DNA from: Salpingoeca rosetta | Lineage: Eukaryota; Protista; Choanoflagellata | Reading direction: 5' to 3' | DNA length: 64,000 nucleotides | NCBI GenBank assembly: GCA_033442325.1 | Contig: JAWQFM010000009.1 | Coordinates: 863,729 to 927,728 of the forward strand | Shown: positions 1 to 17,138 of the stretch, piece by piece | How the letters are laid out: the number at the start of each line of letters is the position of its first letter | Position numbering within the stretch: position 1 is the stretch's first letter | Program-made: the position numbers and the translations under genes | Notes under the pieces: generated by a model | Seen by the model: the letters and a program-made list of their open reading frames with translations, nothing else | Told to the model about the DNA's origin: nothing | Database searches by the model: none

Positions 1-1
1 C

Positions 2-68
<67 letters not shown>

Positions 69-115
69 GCACATGTACGTTTGCAAACCATGCACAACGA
101 TGGGTGGCTGTGCAG

Positions 116-1857
<1,742 letters not shown>

Positions 1858-2278
1858 CATGACACAACCCTTTCGCACTGACAGTTGTGCGCACGCACTC
1901 GTTCGCACTTACGCACACACGCACATTCGCATCCGTGCGCCTACACATGCAGACCCGTGTGTGCACATCATCTTTGCGTCGTCTGCTTGATGTGGTCCCG
2001 CGGTGATATGGGATGTGTGACACTAAATTTTTTACTCGTTGCTTGTTTGCTTCGCGTTGTTTGAAAATGTAGCAACCACATAACAACCAACCCAAGCATG
2101 TCTTACACATACGACACGTACAACAACACCCGCGCACACTCACGCATGCAAACACGTGAGCTGTGACTGTGCATGGAGCCCACAAGCATGACGCAAGCAA
2201 CGCGCACATCAACATCTACAAATCCCGCAACACCCGTGCATCGCCAAGCACAAAATCACACACACACACACACGTACG

Positions 2279-2321
<43 letters not shown>

Positions 2322-2397
2322 TGTTGCCGACATGTCACGTCGCCCATGACGGCCCGGTTGCCCCCCCCCCTCCTCTCCCACCTCTCCGTCCCCCTCT

Positions 2398-2731
2398 TCA
2401 CCTTCGCCGCACAGGCGACCGGGAGTAGGAGCGACGGCGTTGAAGCGGTGACCGTGAACGTGAACGTGACCGTGATCGTGAACGCGATCGTGAGTCAGAG
2501 CCAGAGTCTGTGTCCACGCTTGAGCCACGACGACGACGACGACGGCTGCCACCACGGTCACCACCACTGCGGCCGCGGCCATGGATAGTGGCGGTGGTGG
2601 TGGTGGTGGTGGTGGCAGGTTGGTTGCGGAGTTGTTTTCGGCGCTGCTGCTCCTCCTCGGACGCCGGCAGCCAGTAGATGGCGGGCTGGGCCTGAACACG
2701 ATGGAAGGGGAAGGAGACGCTCAGGCGCACG

Positions 2732-2802
<71 letters not shown>

Positions 2803-5561
2803 TGTGTATGCGAACGTGCATGTGTGCATGTGTGTGTATGTGTGTGTGTGACGTCGAGTCTGGCGCACCAAACTCAACTCAGTTGAATTGTACAGATTGC
2901 ACCCAGCCCACACCTTGGTTTTCCTGAAGAGGTCATCCAACAGCACGGCTGGCTTTGCTTCCTGCTGCCGCTGCTGGCCTTCCCCTGCAAACATGGCGGC
3001 AGTGATGGTGGAGTGAATGGTGTCAATGATGGAAAAGGCTTGGTTGGCGGATGGGTGTGGCGGTAGCCGAGGGGATGAATTGAGGGGATGAATACGAGAG
3101 ATGCCTTGCTTGCAAGCTCGCAATGACACAATTCATGCAGCAACACCATGTGCATGTGTGTGCATGTGACCTTCTTCTTCCTGCTCTTCCTTCTTCTTGG
3201 CCTTGAAGGCATCCTCAGCCACAAGCGTCGCCTTCAGCGGCTGATGGACGCACGACAGCAGTTGGGGGAGCGGGGCAGATGCGGTTTGGCATGGGTCACG
3301 CATTAGCCAACTGAAATATGCACATGAAACAAACACACAGACACAGACACACACACAGACACACACAAGACACATACACACAGACACAAGACACAGACAG
3401 ACACACACAAGACACAGACACACAGACACAAGACACAACAGACACAACAGACACATACACACACAGAATCACACACACAGACACAGACACAGACACACAG
3501 AATCACACACACACACACATACGCAGACACAAACACACACATACACAACACATGTGGTGAACGGGGGGGGGGCACCTGGCCGTGACGGGGCGGCCAGGGA
3601 AGACCAGAGAGGGCGCGAGCGGTGGCGACGGCGCCCTCGTGTGTCGTGTACTGTTGACACGCAAGCACATGGACGTGGTGTGTGGTGGTGAATGGCGCGG
3701 AGTGGGGAGGTGGGGGAGGTTGTTAACAAGATCAGGTGAAGTGCAGTGGAGCGCGTGGTGATGACTCACACACGCACACACGCATGCACGCATACGAAGC
3801 ATGCACAGGCACACGCCTTCATGCAACTTTGCACACACACACACACACAGACGTACGCACGCGCACACACAGCATGCATGGGCACACACATATACACACA
3901 GCATGCATGGGCACGCGCACCTCCACGTAGCACTGTGATCGGATGGAGTCTGTGGAAATGACCTCTTGGCCATCAGCGAGCGTGCCGTGCTGTCAGCGAC
4001 GCAACGGCAATGAAGATGATGAAGATGATGATGGACAAGGTGGTGATCATGTTCGAGTGAAGGTGAGGACTGAGTTAAAAGAAGCGCCACAGCGCACGAA
4101 TTGAACATCACTTCAAGCCTCACCTTCCCACCCCACTCACATACACACACACACACCTGCTGCAAGAGCATGCGAAGAGCCAGGCGGGTGTAGGGGCGTT
4201 TCAGGTTCTGCACATGGACAACACGGTAGTCGTTGTCCGTGTCACCAATGTCCTTCTCCTCCTCCTGCTTATCCTCCTCCTGCAGTTGTGCGCTGCTGTC
4301 ATCTGCCGCTGTTGCTGCGCCACTCGCATCGGCAGCGGTTTCCATCGCAGACGTCTTCGTTGGCACCTCCTCGGGCTCCGTGCCCAACATGTCCTGACAG
4401 GTTAACACCGCACAAGAAACATATGCGCCCATGTGTGCCCATTGTGTGAGACAGGCAACACCCGCATTGCAGGCAGCGAATGCGCACTCTGCACGTATCT
4501 GTGCCTGCTCTACATTCCCTTCACGCCATCAAAACACACACACACAAACATACACAAGCATGCACACATGCACACACACACACGCATGCATTTAACATAC
4601 ACAAGCATATGCACACATATGCACACAAAAATACACACTAATGCACAAAAACATACATACACGTACATACACACACGCACAAGCACGCACATACACAAGC
4701 ACACACACATGCACACCCAATAGGCAGAAGAGGCACAGACCTGTAGGACAGTGTCGTCAAGGATATCGTCTGAGGCAGAGGGCCGTGAGTGCTCTGAGCT
4801 GGTGCGCCAGCGTGCACGCCGCGAACTGGATGGCTTCTGGCACAGTGGAGAGGGGATGGAGAAGCAAAACATATCGCGGGAAAATCACATGAATGTATCG
4901 CGAAGACAACCCACACATGGCTATGAGCATAGGTACATCAACAACTTCAACAGCCATGGTTGCCAGCCCCTCTTGTGACACACACACACACACACACACA
5001 CTCACAATGTGATGTCACCTTTGTTGAAGCAGGCTTGCTGCTGGGCCAGGAAGTGTCAGCGCCATCGTCCATGCCCTTGGTTGTTTCGGACGCGTCTTCG
5101 CCAGCAGCCTCGCCAGCGTCTGCGTCCTCCGTCTTTTCGTGTTTACCAGCCTCTTCTTCTTGCTGCTTCTTTTCGCCTTCACCTTCACCTTCTTGCTCGC
5201 CATCCTCTTCTTCATCATCTTCTTGCTGCTTCTTTTTGCCTTCACCTTCACCTTCATCTTCACCTTCTCCCTGACCATCTTCACCATGTTCTTCTTCTCC
5301 CTGCTTGTCTTGTTCGTTCGCATCCTCCGCCTCAGGAGCTGCTGCGCTCTCCTGCTCCTGCTCCTGCTCCTGATCATCACCACCCTGCTTCTGCTCCTGC
5401 TGCTCCTGCTCAATCTCTGAGTGCATGGCCTCCTTCAACCGGGCGGCAAGCTCGGCTTTCCGTCCAGACACCGCAAGCCCGCGGCTGCGCAGGCTCTCCT
5501 TCAGCTCCACCACCTTCATCTTCGCCACACTCGCATCCGCAGCACTGAACGCATCTGCCAT
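2398..5561 (-). CDS. ACIN1: Acinus-like protein (SAP domain, acidic linker, RRM, RSB motif, RS tail), multi-exon
   Basis: SAP motif [28 protein letters not shown]; Acinus-type [19 protein letters not shown]...[26 protein letters not shown]; RSB motif [10 protein letters not shown]|AQPAIYWLP; SR-repeat C-terminus. ATG at 5561. The TGA at 2400-2398 could instead be part of a splice donor. Confidence 0.88.
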
Positions 5562-5957
5562 CGTTGCTGCCTTTGCTGCTGCCTTTTCTGCTGTTGTTTG
5601 TTGTGGTTGCTGTGAGTAAACGTGCATCGAATCAAATACACTTTCCGCTATTGTTTTGTTTGTTTGTGTTTTTTTTGTTGCTTGCAACAATACAAAGCAG
5701 AGCGTGCTGCAGCAACAGCAGCGTGTCACGTTCAGGTTGCTGCACTGTTGCGCTCGCTTTTTGGACTGGACTACACTCCAACACCTTGCTCATTCCTCAT
5801 CAGCCTCCACCCCATCCACACACATACACACATCCACACATCCCCACATACACACATACACACATACACACATCCGCATATACGACGCACACATCCACAC
5901 ATACACACACGCCCGCACACACCCCTCTTTACATGCTTTGCGATCACTGGTGTGGCC

Positions 5958-6876
5958 ATGACAGCGTGCAGCGACAGGATGAACGTGATTGTGTTGAGCC
6001 TCTTCCTGCTCCTCCTGACAGTGAGCCATGCCAACGCGACAGCTACACCAACACTGCGAACAGGGACCCCGAGCGCTAGCACATGTCAGTTTGATGGGTG
6101 CGATGAGCTGTGTACGCGCTCCTTCTTGCTGAACTCAAGCGCGGCAACGCTGGCTCCCGGTGCCGCCAGCACGTGGCCTGTGGTGACTGCAGGGCATCCG
6201 CTGTCCGCGTGCACAAGCTGGAACGACGTCATCATCTGCAGCACCGCCAACGCCACGGTGCTCAACTCGCAGCCGGGCGTCTACGCCATGCGCCCTTCTG
6301 CCAGAACACCCAGGGCTCAGCTGGCCGCGCGAAGCAACCGCTCTGCAAGCGTGCAAAGCAATCACCCTTCTGCAGACGCACTGAAGCCGGGCGACCCAGC
6401 CATCATCTGGGAGACAAAGGAGGTGCTGGGAAGCCGCGCGTTGCCGCTCCTGGACCTGGCTGGTGACAGCTTCTCTGTGGACGGGCTCATCCTGTATGGG
6501 GCAAACGTCATTGGCACACCACTTGGCCAACCCGTGCTCATCAAGCCGTACTTGGGCGCCGTTCACTCCATGACTGGAACCACCAACGGTGTCATGCTGA
6601 TACCGTCCCTGAACGGCCCAATGGCTGCATACCTCACCAACGGCGTGCCGCACGCCTCCCTTTGGCTCAATGACACGGTGCATGGCGTCAACGGTACATT
6701 CACAGCCCTTCACACACCCGTTGTCTTCGGGAACCGTGCCATCTTCCTCACCCGCTTCCAACCCGACGCCACCACCGCTGGCCGGTCAACACATGTGCAC
6801 TCTTCTTCACCGCCACGAATGACACGCGCGATGCCGGAATCGAGCAGACCTTTTGCTCAGCAGCAACAACAACAGC

Positions 6877-6952
<76 letters not shown>

Positions 6953-7898
6953 TGTGTGCCGGTTGTATGCCCTGGACGTTCAGCGCACCATCTCTGATCG
7001 TCTGCAGATTGCCTGGTTCACCACGGTGCCGTGTCCGCACTCTGCCGTCACCAAGACAAGTGCACCTGTGCACTCTGTTGATAGTACACTGGCACAACAC
7101 CCGTCTTCTACCCAACACACCTCAGGGTCGCGCCGTTCCGCTCGCCACAACAGCGGTGCAGACATAGCAGCTCCGTGGACACCGGCGGTGATAGGGTTTC
7201 ATGACAGCAGTCAGGTGTGCATGGTGCTAAGCGCAACACCAGCCACAGCACAGCAGCAAGGCCCTGTGGGCCCAGTACATGCAGCTAACACCTCAACTAC
7301 GCTGCATTGCGTGTCCATGCTCACAGGCAACACAACAGCAACAGCACCACTCACACCTGCACATTCCAAAGCGAGGCCAGAGGAGGATGTGCACAGCTTC
7401 TGCCGGTTCGCATCACGCACCCAGCCGCAGCAAGAAGGTGAAGGTGACATGCATGCGCATGCCTGGCAGCAGCAACAAGAGGTTGTGTTTGCCCTCACCG
7501 TATTCCTCAACCACAGCACTGCGGACACAGCGCCATCCTCGTCGTCGCGCGTTGGGCGTGTTGCGCGGTTGGTCATGCTGAACGCAACCACAATGGAGAC
7601 TGTGAGTGCTGTGGACATCAGCGGAGACACACCGGCGGGCAACGTGTTGGGCGTCAGCCCTCTTGCTTGCGTGGCGACAGCAGACGGTGCAGGATCCCTG
7701 TTGTTTGGCACGGTGAGCGCTGCTGGCGCATACACGATGCATGCGTACGATGCCACGACGTTGCGTCGCACACACCGTCAGACGTTGGGTGCATGTGCTT
7801 CTGCCCCTCACCACACTGCGCAGCTTGTGGGCATGGCACCTGCCACCATCGTTGCTCCGTGCTCAGACACCGTTTTCTTTGTGAACATGGCTTCTTGA
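5958..7898 (+). CDS. Intronless predicted secreted protein with poly-Q insert; possible beta-propeller
   Basis: Long non-repetitive ORF; signal-peptide-like MNVIVLSLFLLLLTVSHANA from the ATG at 5979 (upstream ATG 5958); several N-x-S/T sequons; strand-like segments such as LYALDV..IAWFT and MHAYDATT. No family recognised. Confidence 0.7.
6858..6950 (+). repeat. Coding (CAA/CAG)n poly-Q tract
   Basis: In frame within the 5958-7898 ORF. Confidence 0.9.
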
Positions 7899-7974
7899 TG
7901 CCGTGTGAACTTGATTGGTGCTTCTCGATTGCAGTCCAGCCTGTGATGCTAATGTGTGCGTGTGTGTGTGTGTG

Positions 7975-8077
<103 letters not shown>

Positions 8078-8251
8078 GTGTGCGTGTGTGTGCTGGCCAC
8101 GCACGCGTGTCCGTGATTCTGTTCGTCATTACCGTTTGCCCTTTGTTGTTATCTTCGGTGGTTTATTCTTTTCCTGCCGTTGACAGGCGGACCGGCATTC
8201 AAACACCAGCAACCAAAACTACGCAAGCAAAACAGGCAGTGAGTGCTGCGG

Positions 8252-8283
<32 letters not shown>

Positions 8284-8687
8284 ACACACACACAAACAAA
8301 TGAACAAACAAACAAACAAGCAAGCAAGCAAGCAGCACTGAACGCAAACCAAGAATGGTTGTTGTTGTTGTTGTAACTGAGATGTGAAGCAAACAACAGC
8401 ATTGAGAGGTCAGAAACACACCAAGAATACGGGGAAACCAAATTAGCTGTTGACAGAACGAAGAGGAAGCAAAATACCGCGAGTACCGGCCACACATGCA
8501 TGTGTGTCAACACAAGGCCAGATCACCCGCGCAACAACCCACCGAACAAAGAAAACAATTGCGGTGACACGATGTGGCAATGAACAAGAGTGATGGTGGT
8601 GGTGACGAAGGTGTGATGGTCACAGGTTGCTCGCAGCGCCGATTGGATGGGACACCACCACACCGTTGCTGGCGGTGGTGGTGGTGT

Positions 8688-9419
8688 TCACTTCCCGCTT
8701 GTTGGTCGTGACGATGGTCGAGAGCGCGGGCTGCCGATTCTGCCGTGATAGATGCGTCCGTCCTCACCCACCAGCTCCACGCTCCGTCGCGGGTCTCGTC
8801 GCACCTGCACAGCGGTGGTGGCAGGTGGTGATAGGTGAGGTGGTGGTGGCAGCACGCTGGGAGCTTGGGAGATGTAAGAGGCAACACATGCGGCGCGTGC
8901 ACGCACACTCACAAACACACACAAACAAACAAACAAACATACAAACAAACAAACGAAAGCAGCATGACGACGCGTCACCTCGACGACGGAGCGTGGTGTG
9001 CCGCGCTGCTCCTTGTAGGTCTGCATGAGCCGTGGCGACGTGTGTGCACCACCAGCAGACCGCATTGATCGCGGCAACTCCGACACCTCCACAATCCCAT
9101 CGCGGCTGCGCTGCTGTACCGATGCGCTCTGTGCACGGCGGGGAATGTACGGCGCCTGTCGCTGCCCATCTTTGCTCGATGGCAGCAGCGGCAGCGCTGG
9201 CGTGTTGGCAGGGGTGGTGATGTTGTTGACGGGGGGGGGATGGATGGATGGACGGGAGGTGTGTCGGTGTCAGTACATACTCAACAGAAGCAAAATAATG
9301 CACGCGCGTGAAAAAAAAAAAAACACTTGCATGTGCGTATCGGTGCCTGTGTGACTAGAAATGGCGAAGCTACAGATACAAACTCAGACACCCCCCCCCC
9401 CCCAAACACACACACATAT

Positions 9420-9454
<35 letters not shown>

Positions 9455-9744
9455 CACATCACATCACATCCCACAATGCGCGGTGTACAGTCGGTGGTAC
9501 TCACATGGCATGGGTGGTTGGCTGCCTGGTCGGAGGGGGCGGTTGCAGGATATGCAGGCGTACGGCTCCAGTGGCCGTCGCATGCCCGCCGCCGCCTCCT
9601 CAAGCGAGATGCCGTACTGTTGGGTGATAGTGGTGATAATGATGATGGTGGTAGTGAGATGAATTTGGGTGCTTGACGCTTGACAATCACTGACACGCGT
9701 TAATACACAACTCGCTCGTGTGCACCGCATCGGCACTGTTCACT

Positions 9745-9820
<76 letters not shown>

Positions 9821-10821
9821 CACCCCTCCACCTCCTCCACGTGTCCATTCAGGCCCACCTTGCCAAAGATTGCCTCCTGCTGCTCTCTTGCTTCCTCAGG
9901 CGTGAGCTGCTGGTTCTCAAGGCGCTTCTGTATCTTCTCGATTTCGTCCCGATCCAGCTTGTTCGACAGCTGGCTCGACAGCTGCTGCACCAGCCCCTCC
10001 TGTTGTGGTGTGGTGGTGAGGATGGTGGTGTGGTGAGAGGGTTATAACCGTGGTGGTGCGAACAAGGAGTGCAGCAATGCATCCACACACACGCGCGTGC
10101 CCTCTGTCACGACGTGCATTATCACTTCCTCTCCTACACTACTCGTGCTACCACCACCACCACCACCACGATCACCACCACCACGATCAGCACGAGCCGT
10201 CCAGGCCCACCGCACCTGTTTCTCCAGCAGCTGCTGCACGCCTTGTGTCCCCGCGTTCATGACCGTCAGTGCCTCATCCACGGCCCGAAGGTTCCGCTCT
10301 GTATCACGCGCAACGGCGTCTTTGTCCGCTTTCACATTCAGCGCCATCTCCATCACGTGCTTGTCCGCCTTTGCTTGATGCAGCTCGTCAAGCTGTGCGA
10401 CAACGACGACAACAGCAGGCGCGTGTGTGTAAGCGAGAATGTGTGTGAGCGAGTACGTGTGTGCGAGTGTGCTAGGAGGGTGAACACGTGCAAGCCCAGC
10501 CAACAGATGCACACATGACAGATGTTCCCCTCTGACCTTCCACCCCGCATGATCCCATCCACCACATTCCCTCTCCAAGCCCCTCCACTCCCGTTCCTGC
10601 TCACCTTGAGTCTGAGGTCGTCAAGGAGCTGCTGTGTCTCCTCTGCTCGCCCGCGCCCGTCGGCCTCTCGCGCAGCAGCATCCGCATACCGCTGCTCAAG
10701 CTGGTGATGGTGATGGTGATGGTGGTGGTGGTGGTGGTGGTGGGTAGTGTGAGTGTCTTTGACCAATAGGAGCTGGCAGTCTAATGTAAATGCCTATTGT
10801 GTACAGCAAAGGGTGGACGAC

Positions 10822-10858
<37 letters not shown>

Positions 10859-11735
10859 CCCGCTAACCTTTGCGACGTCTGATTGGAGCTGCTGGATGAG
10901 TGCGCGCGTGCCCCGGTTGCTGGTGGTGTCGACGGCGTCGGGGTTGATCTGCCGGATCGCATCCTCGAGCTCCTCCATCGTCTCCCGGTTCAACTGGTGG
11001 TGGACGGTGTTGGGAGTGGTGGTGTTGTTGATGGTCAGACATGTGAATGTGAATGCAAAGACGCTGGTCATGCATGTGGTGGTGGTGGTTGTGGTGGTGG
11101 TAGCAGTGGAGGGGGAGGCCAGAAATGGCACTGCGGGGCAGGTAACACACGTGTGCGTGACACGCACCTGCACTTGACCCTGTGTTGTTGTGAGTGTTTC
11201 GCGAATGTTGTCTGTCTCCTTTTGCATTGCGTCCATGCGGGCTGTTGCCTTCATAAACACGCCTGCGCGCGCACAAACACATAAGCGCGTTTGGATCGGG
11301 TTTCGTAATTGTGAGTTGCGAGCACAAAGGCTGGGCACTACCCCACGCCCCCAAGCAATTCACACATATGTACATACACATATGTACACATACACGCATG
11401 TACATACAAGCACACATACACATACGTGCGCACACACACGCACACAACTCAGCGCACACATGCAGCAGCAGCACGAAGATGCAGGGTGTCGGTTACCGCT
11501 CTTTGCTTCCTCGAGTTCGCGCTTGAGGTTCTCAATCTGCTGCTCCAGCTGCATATCCTGCATCTCTTGCTGATAGCGTGCAAACTGCGCAGTGCACACG
11601 CATATTGTGTGACCGTACATGGACGGGCGTTAGTGGAGGGCGGGGTGGCATTCGTGAAGGAGATGCGTGCAATGAGACAATTCACTCTCTGTCCAAGCCA
11701 TGCAGACCATGTGTCAGGAAAAGGAGTTGCAGCGT

Positions 11736-11822
<87 letters not shown>

Positions 11823-12911
11823 CGCGGCGGAGGTCGAGGTGGTCGTCCTCCAATTTGTCGCATCGCTCGTCCATCAGATCCACCCGCTTGTTCGTGCTCT
11901 CCAACAATTCCTTGACTGACGGCACCAACAGCAATCGCGCAGGGGGGGGGGGACAGCGCATGAGCCGTGCACCACACACACGCACGCACGCACGCACGCA
12001 CGCACCCATACACACGCAAACACACATACACGCGCGCACACGCGACCACACACATGCACACATGCGCCATCGCAGGAGTCGGGCAACGTACTCTCTTCGA
12101 TGTTGATTTGCTCAATCTGCTCCCTCAGCTCTGCCACGACATCGTCCACATACGCCTTGTCTGCCTTTGCGTCCAGGTCATCTCGCATTGCCTGAAGCGA
12201 CTTCTCCAGCTCCTGCATGCGGCCCAGTGCCTTGGCAATGCGCTCCCTGTTGTTTGCCACGCCTTGCTCGTTGCCCTCGATCCTCGGCACCATGGCATCG
12301 ATCTGCTTCTGCACCTCGTTGATTCGCTTCTCCAGCCGCTCAATCAGGTCCTTTGCCAGCTTGTCGACTTGCTCTTGCAGCTTGTTGTGTTTTGTCTCCA
12401 GCTCCTGGAACTCCTCCTTGCTCACCATGTTGGCAAGCTGCTCCTGCACGGCATCTGCCAGCGCCGTGAGGCGCCCGTTGACGGCGTCAATCTCGGACGA
12501 GTTGGCTAGGATGCCCACGTCGCACGTGTCCACGCGCGACTTGAGCTGTGTGAGAGGGATGACGTGGTCTGCCAGCCTGAACGACGACTTGTCCTTGGCC
12601 ACCGCCGCCTTGATTGGCGCCTGTGTCGTCAGCTGCTCCAACTTTGACTCCATGGTTGTGTTCTCCAGCACTTCTAATCTGGCTTTGAGGCTTTGCAGGT
12701 CCTGCTGCGGCACCACCGTCAATGGGGTGCCTTGTTCGCCTGCACTGCCATCGCCGCCGCCGCCGCCATCTGCGTTGCCTGCATCCCGGCTCAGCCCGCG
12801 CGCAAGCAGGCCATCATGGCGGTCTAGCCGCTGGATAATCGCGCGGAGCACTTGCTGCAGGTTGTCAGACACCAGCAACTGCTCCCACGGCACAGCTGCT
12901 TCGCTGGACAT
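8688..12911 (-). CDS. QRICH2/C16orf96-like (DUF4795) coiled-coil protein, multi-exon
   Basis: Long coiled coil from MSSEAAVPWEQLL, then KADKHVMEMALNVKADK, NKLDRDE, EEAAAGMRRPLEPYACISCNRPL, RSAGGAHT and C-terminal VELVGEDGRIYHGR, in the motif order I recall for the QRICH2 C-terminal region. Confidence 0.78.
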
Positions 12912-13501
12912 GCTGGTGGGTGGTGTATTAGTGTGTGCGCGTGCGTGTGCGAACAGACGCTCTCGCTTGCGCGCGTGTTGGCTTCGAGTCTTCTGGTGTT
13001 TCTCGTATTGTTTTGGAGCTGGCGTGTTGCTTTGGCTCACGGGTTGGCCGTTGCGTTTCTATGCGCTGTACTTGGAGTGTCGTGAAGAAACGGGAGACGG
13101 GCGTTTGCCAGGTGGGAGCGGTGCTGCGCAGGTGCTGTGTGCGCGTGCTGTGGTGTTGGGGTGTTGGTTGGCTGGCAGCAGAGCAGCAGCTGTGTCGGTG
13201 GTGTTGTTGTTGTGATGGCCTCTCAAAATGCACACAGCGAATTTGCTGCCAAGGCCAAACGCAAACTTGACTTGAGACAGAGGTCAAAATTGACCACCCC
13301 TCGACGTACATGGCGTTCTTGGGCTCGGCTGTCGTTGACGACGCGGTTGCGACGAGCTTATCTCTCTCTGTCTCTCTCTCTGTCTCTCTCTGTGTCCTTT
13401 TTACCTGTGTTGTTGGCGTTCATTCAAAGCTGTCTCGCAAGCAGGTAAGCACACCTGACCGAGCACACATGAGGAAGACTGCGAGCAAGAGGACATGGCT
13501 G

Positions 13502-15522
<2,021 letters not shown>

Positions 15523-15959
15523 CCTCAACGTGTCAGTCCTGGCTGCCAGCAGTGCGTCTCTGCCTCCACAATGCAACACGCACACACACACACACACTCG
15601 CAGCGACAGTGGCAGCCCAAACCTCACGGCAATGCTGCACTGTCAGGTCGTTGCCATCGTTTCGGCCATGCTACGAGCCACTTGCTTGTTGCTTGCTCAC
15701 AAGCGAGGGGAACTTGTTTCCGAACCAGATGACGAAATACGCTGTCCCCTTTTATGTTTCACATTTGTTTCATTTTTCACATCTCAAATCACTGACTTTC
15801 ATGTGTCACATTTCGCGTTTGATTTCTGCTGCTCTTGAGCGAAGAGTGCTCGGTGTGTACGAGGAGGCCGGCCACCAGTCAAAGCAACATATACAGGTGT
15901 AGGTGGCGGGTTGACAGTAGTCACATAACACCCACGCCAGGAAGGCCATGCAGCGAACA

Positions 15960-16216
15960 CTATTGCTCTTGTTCTTCCAGAATGCTGAACCCCATGAGCG
16001 CGGACATATCGCGTGTGCTGATGACGGGGAGGTGGCGCGCCCGTGAGCGCACCTGCAGGTTCTTGTCGTCCGTCAGGAAGATGATGGGCTTGACCGTAAA
16101 GCGCTCGCCCTGCGCATACGCACAAGCCCCGCACGATAGCATTCACAACAGGCACACGCGTGAGCGTGGTTAAGAAACGACGGGATCGTGTGTCGATGCC
16201 GAAAAACCAAAGGCGC

Positions 16217-16266
<50 letters not shown>

Positions 16267-17103
16267 GACAGACAGACGCAAGACAGACGCAATCACACTG
16301 ATGCGAGCCCGCACCTCAATGGTGTGTGTGTCCTCCATGCTGGCAGAGACGCGTTCCACGGTTGTAAGAATGACGGTGTCATTGTCTTCTGCTCGCTCAC
16401 GTGCCGGCCAATCGCCCGATGCCAGGTCGGCCATCGCCACAACCCGCCCGTCCGGCGTGGCTGCAGGGAGCTCGCTCGCACGCTGTAGGCAGTGAAAAGC
16501 ACGCGCACGTCACGGCAAGAAATGAGGCTCAATTGCAGCGCACACCATCGGATAGCAGGTCTGAGACGACGACACCGAGAAATGTTGCCGCCGCACACCC
16601 ACAGACACCACACAGGCCCACAGACACCACACAGGCGCCCCTCCCAACACACATCCCCACTCACCCGCCCACACGCAGCGCTCACCTGCGGATCTTGTAG
16701 GTATTGAAGGGCGCGAACTGCAAACCGGTTCGTCTGTCAATGCAGAACAAGCGGTATATCAGCGGCGATGGGTGCAAGGCTGCTCACAAGAGACCAGGCG
16801 ATGGACACAAGGCAGCCGGGCACGTGACACAGGTAAAACACGGACCTGTGCTGTTTCGTCGCTTTTCATGCTCTCCAGCTCACACAGCACTATAACCCAG
16901 GCGACAACACAGCACGTGAGCGCATGCTTCATCGCAGGCACACGAAATGAGCCCAGCCATGTCCACACACACCCACACACACACAGACACGCACACACGC
17001 ACACACACACACACACAGAGACAGACAGACACCCACCCACCCACACACACACACCACACACACACACCACACACACACACACACACACACCACCACCCAC
17101 CCA

Positions 17104-17138
<35 letters not shown>

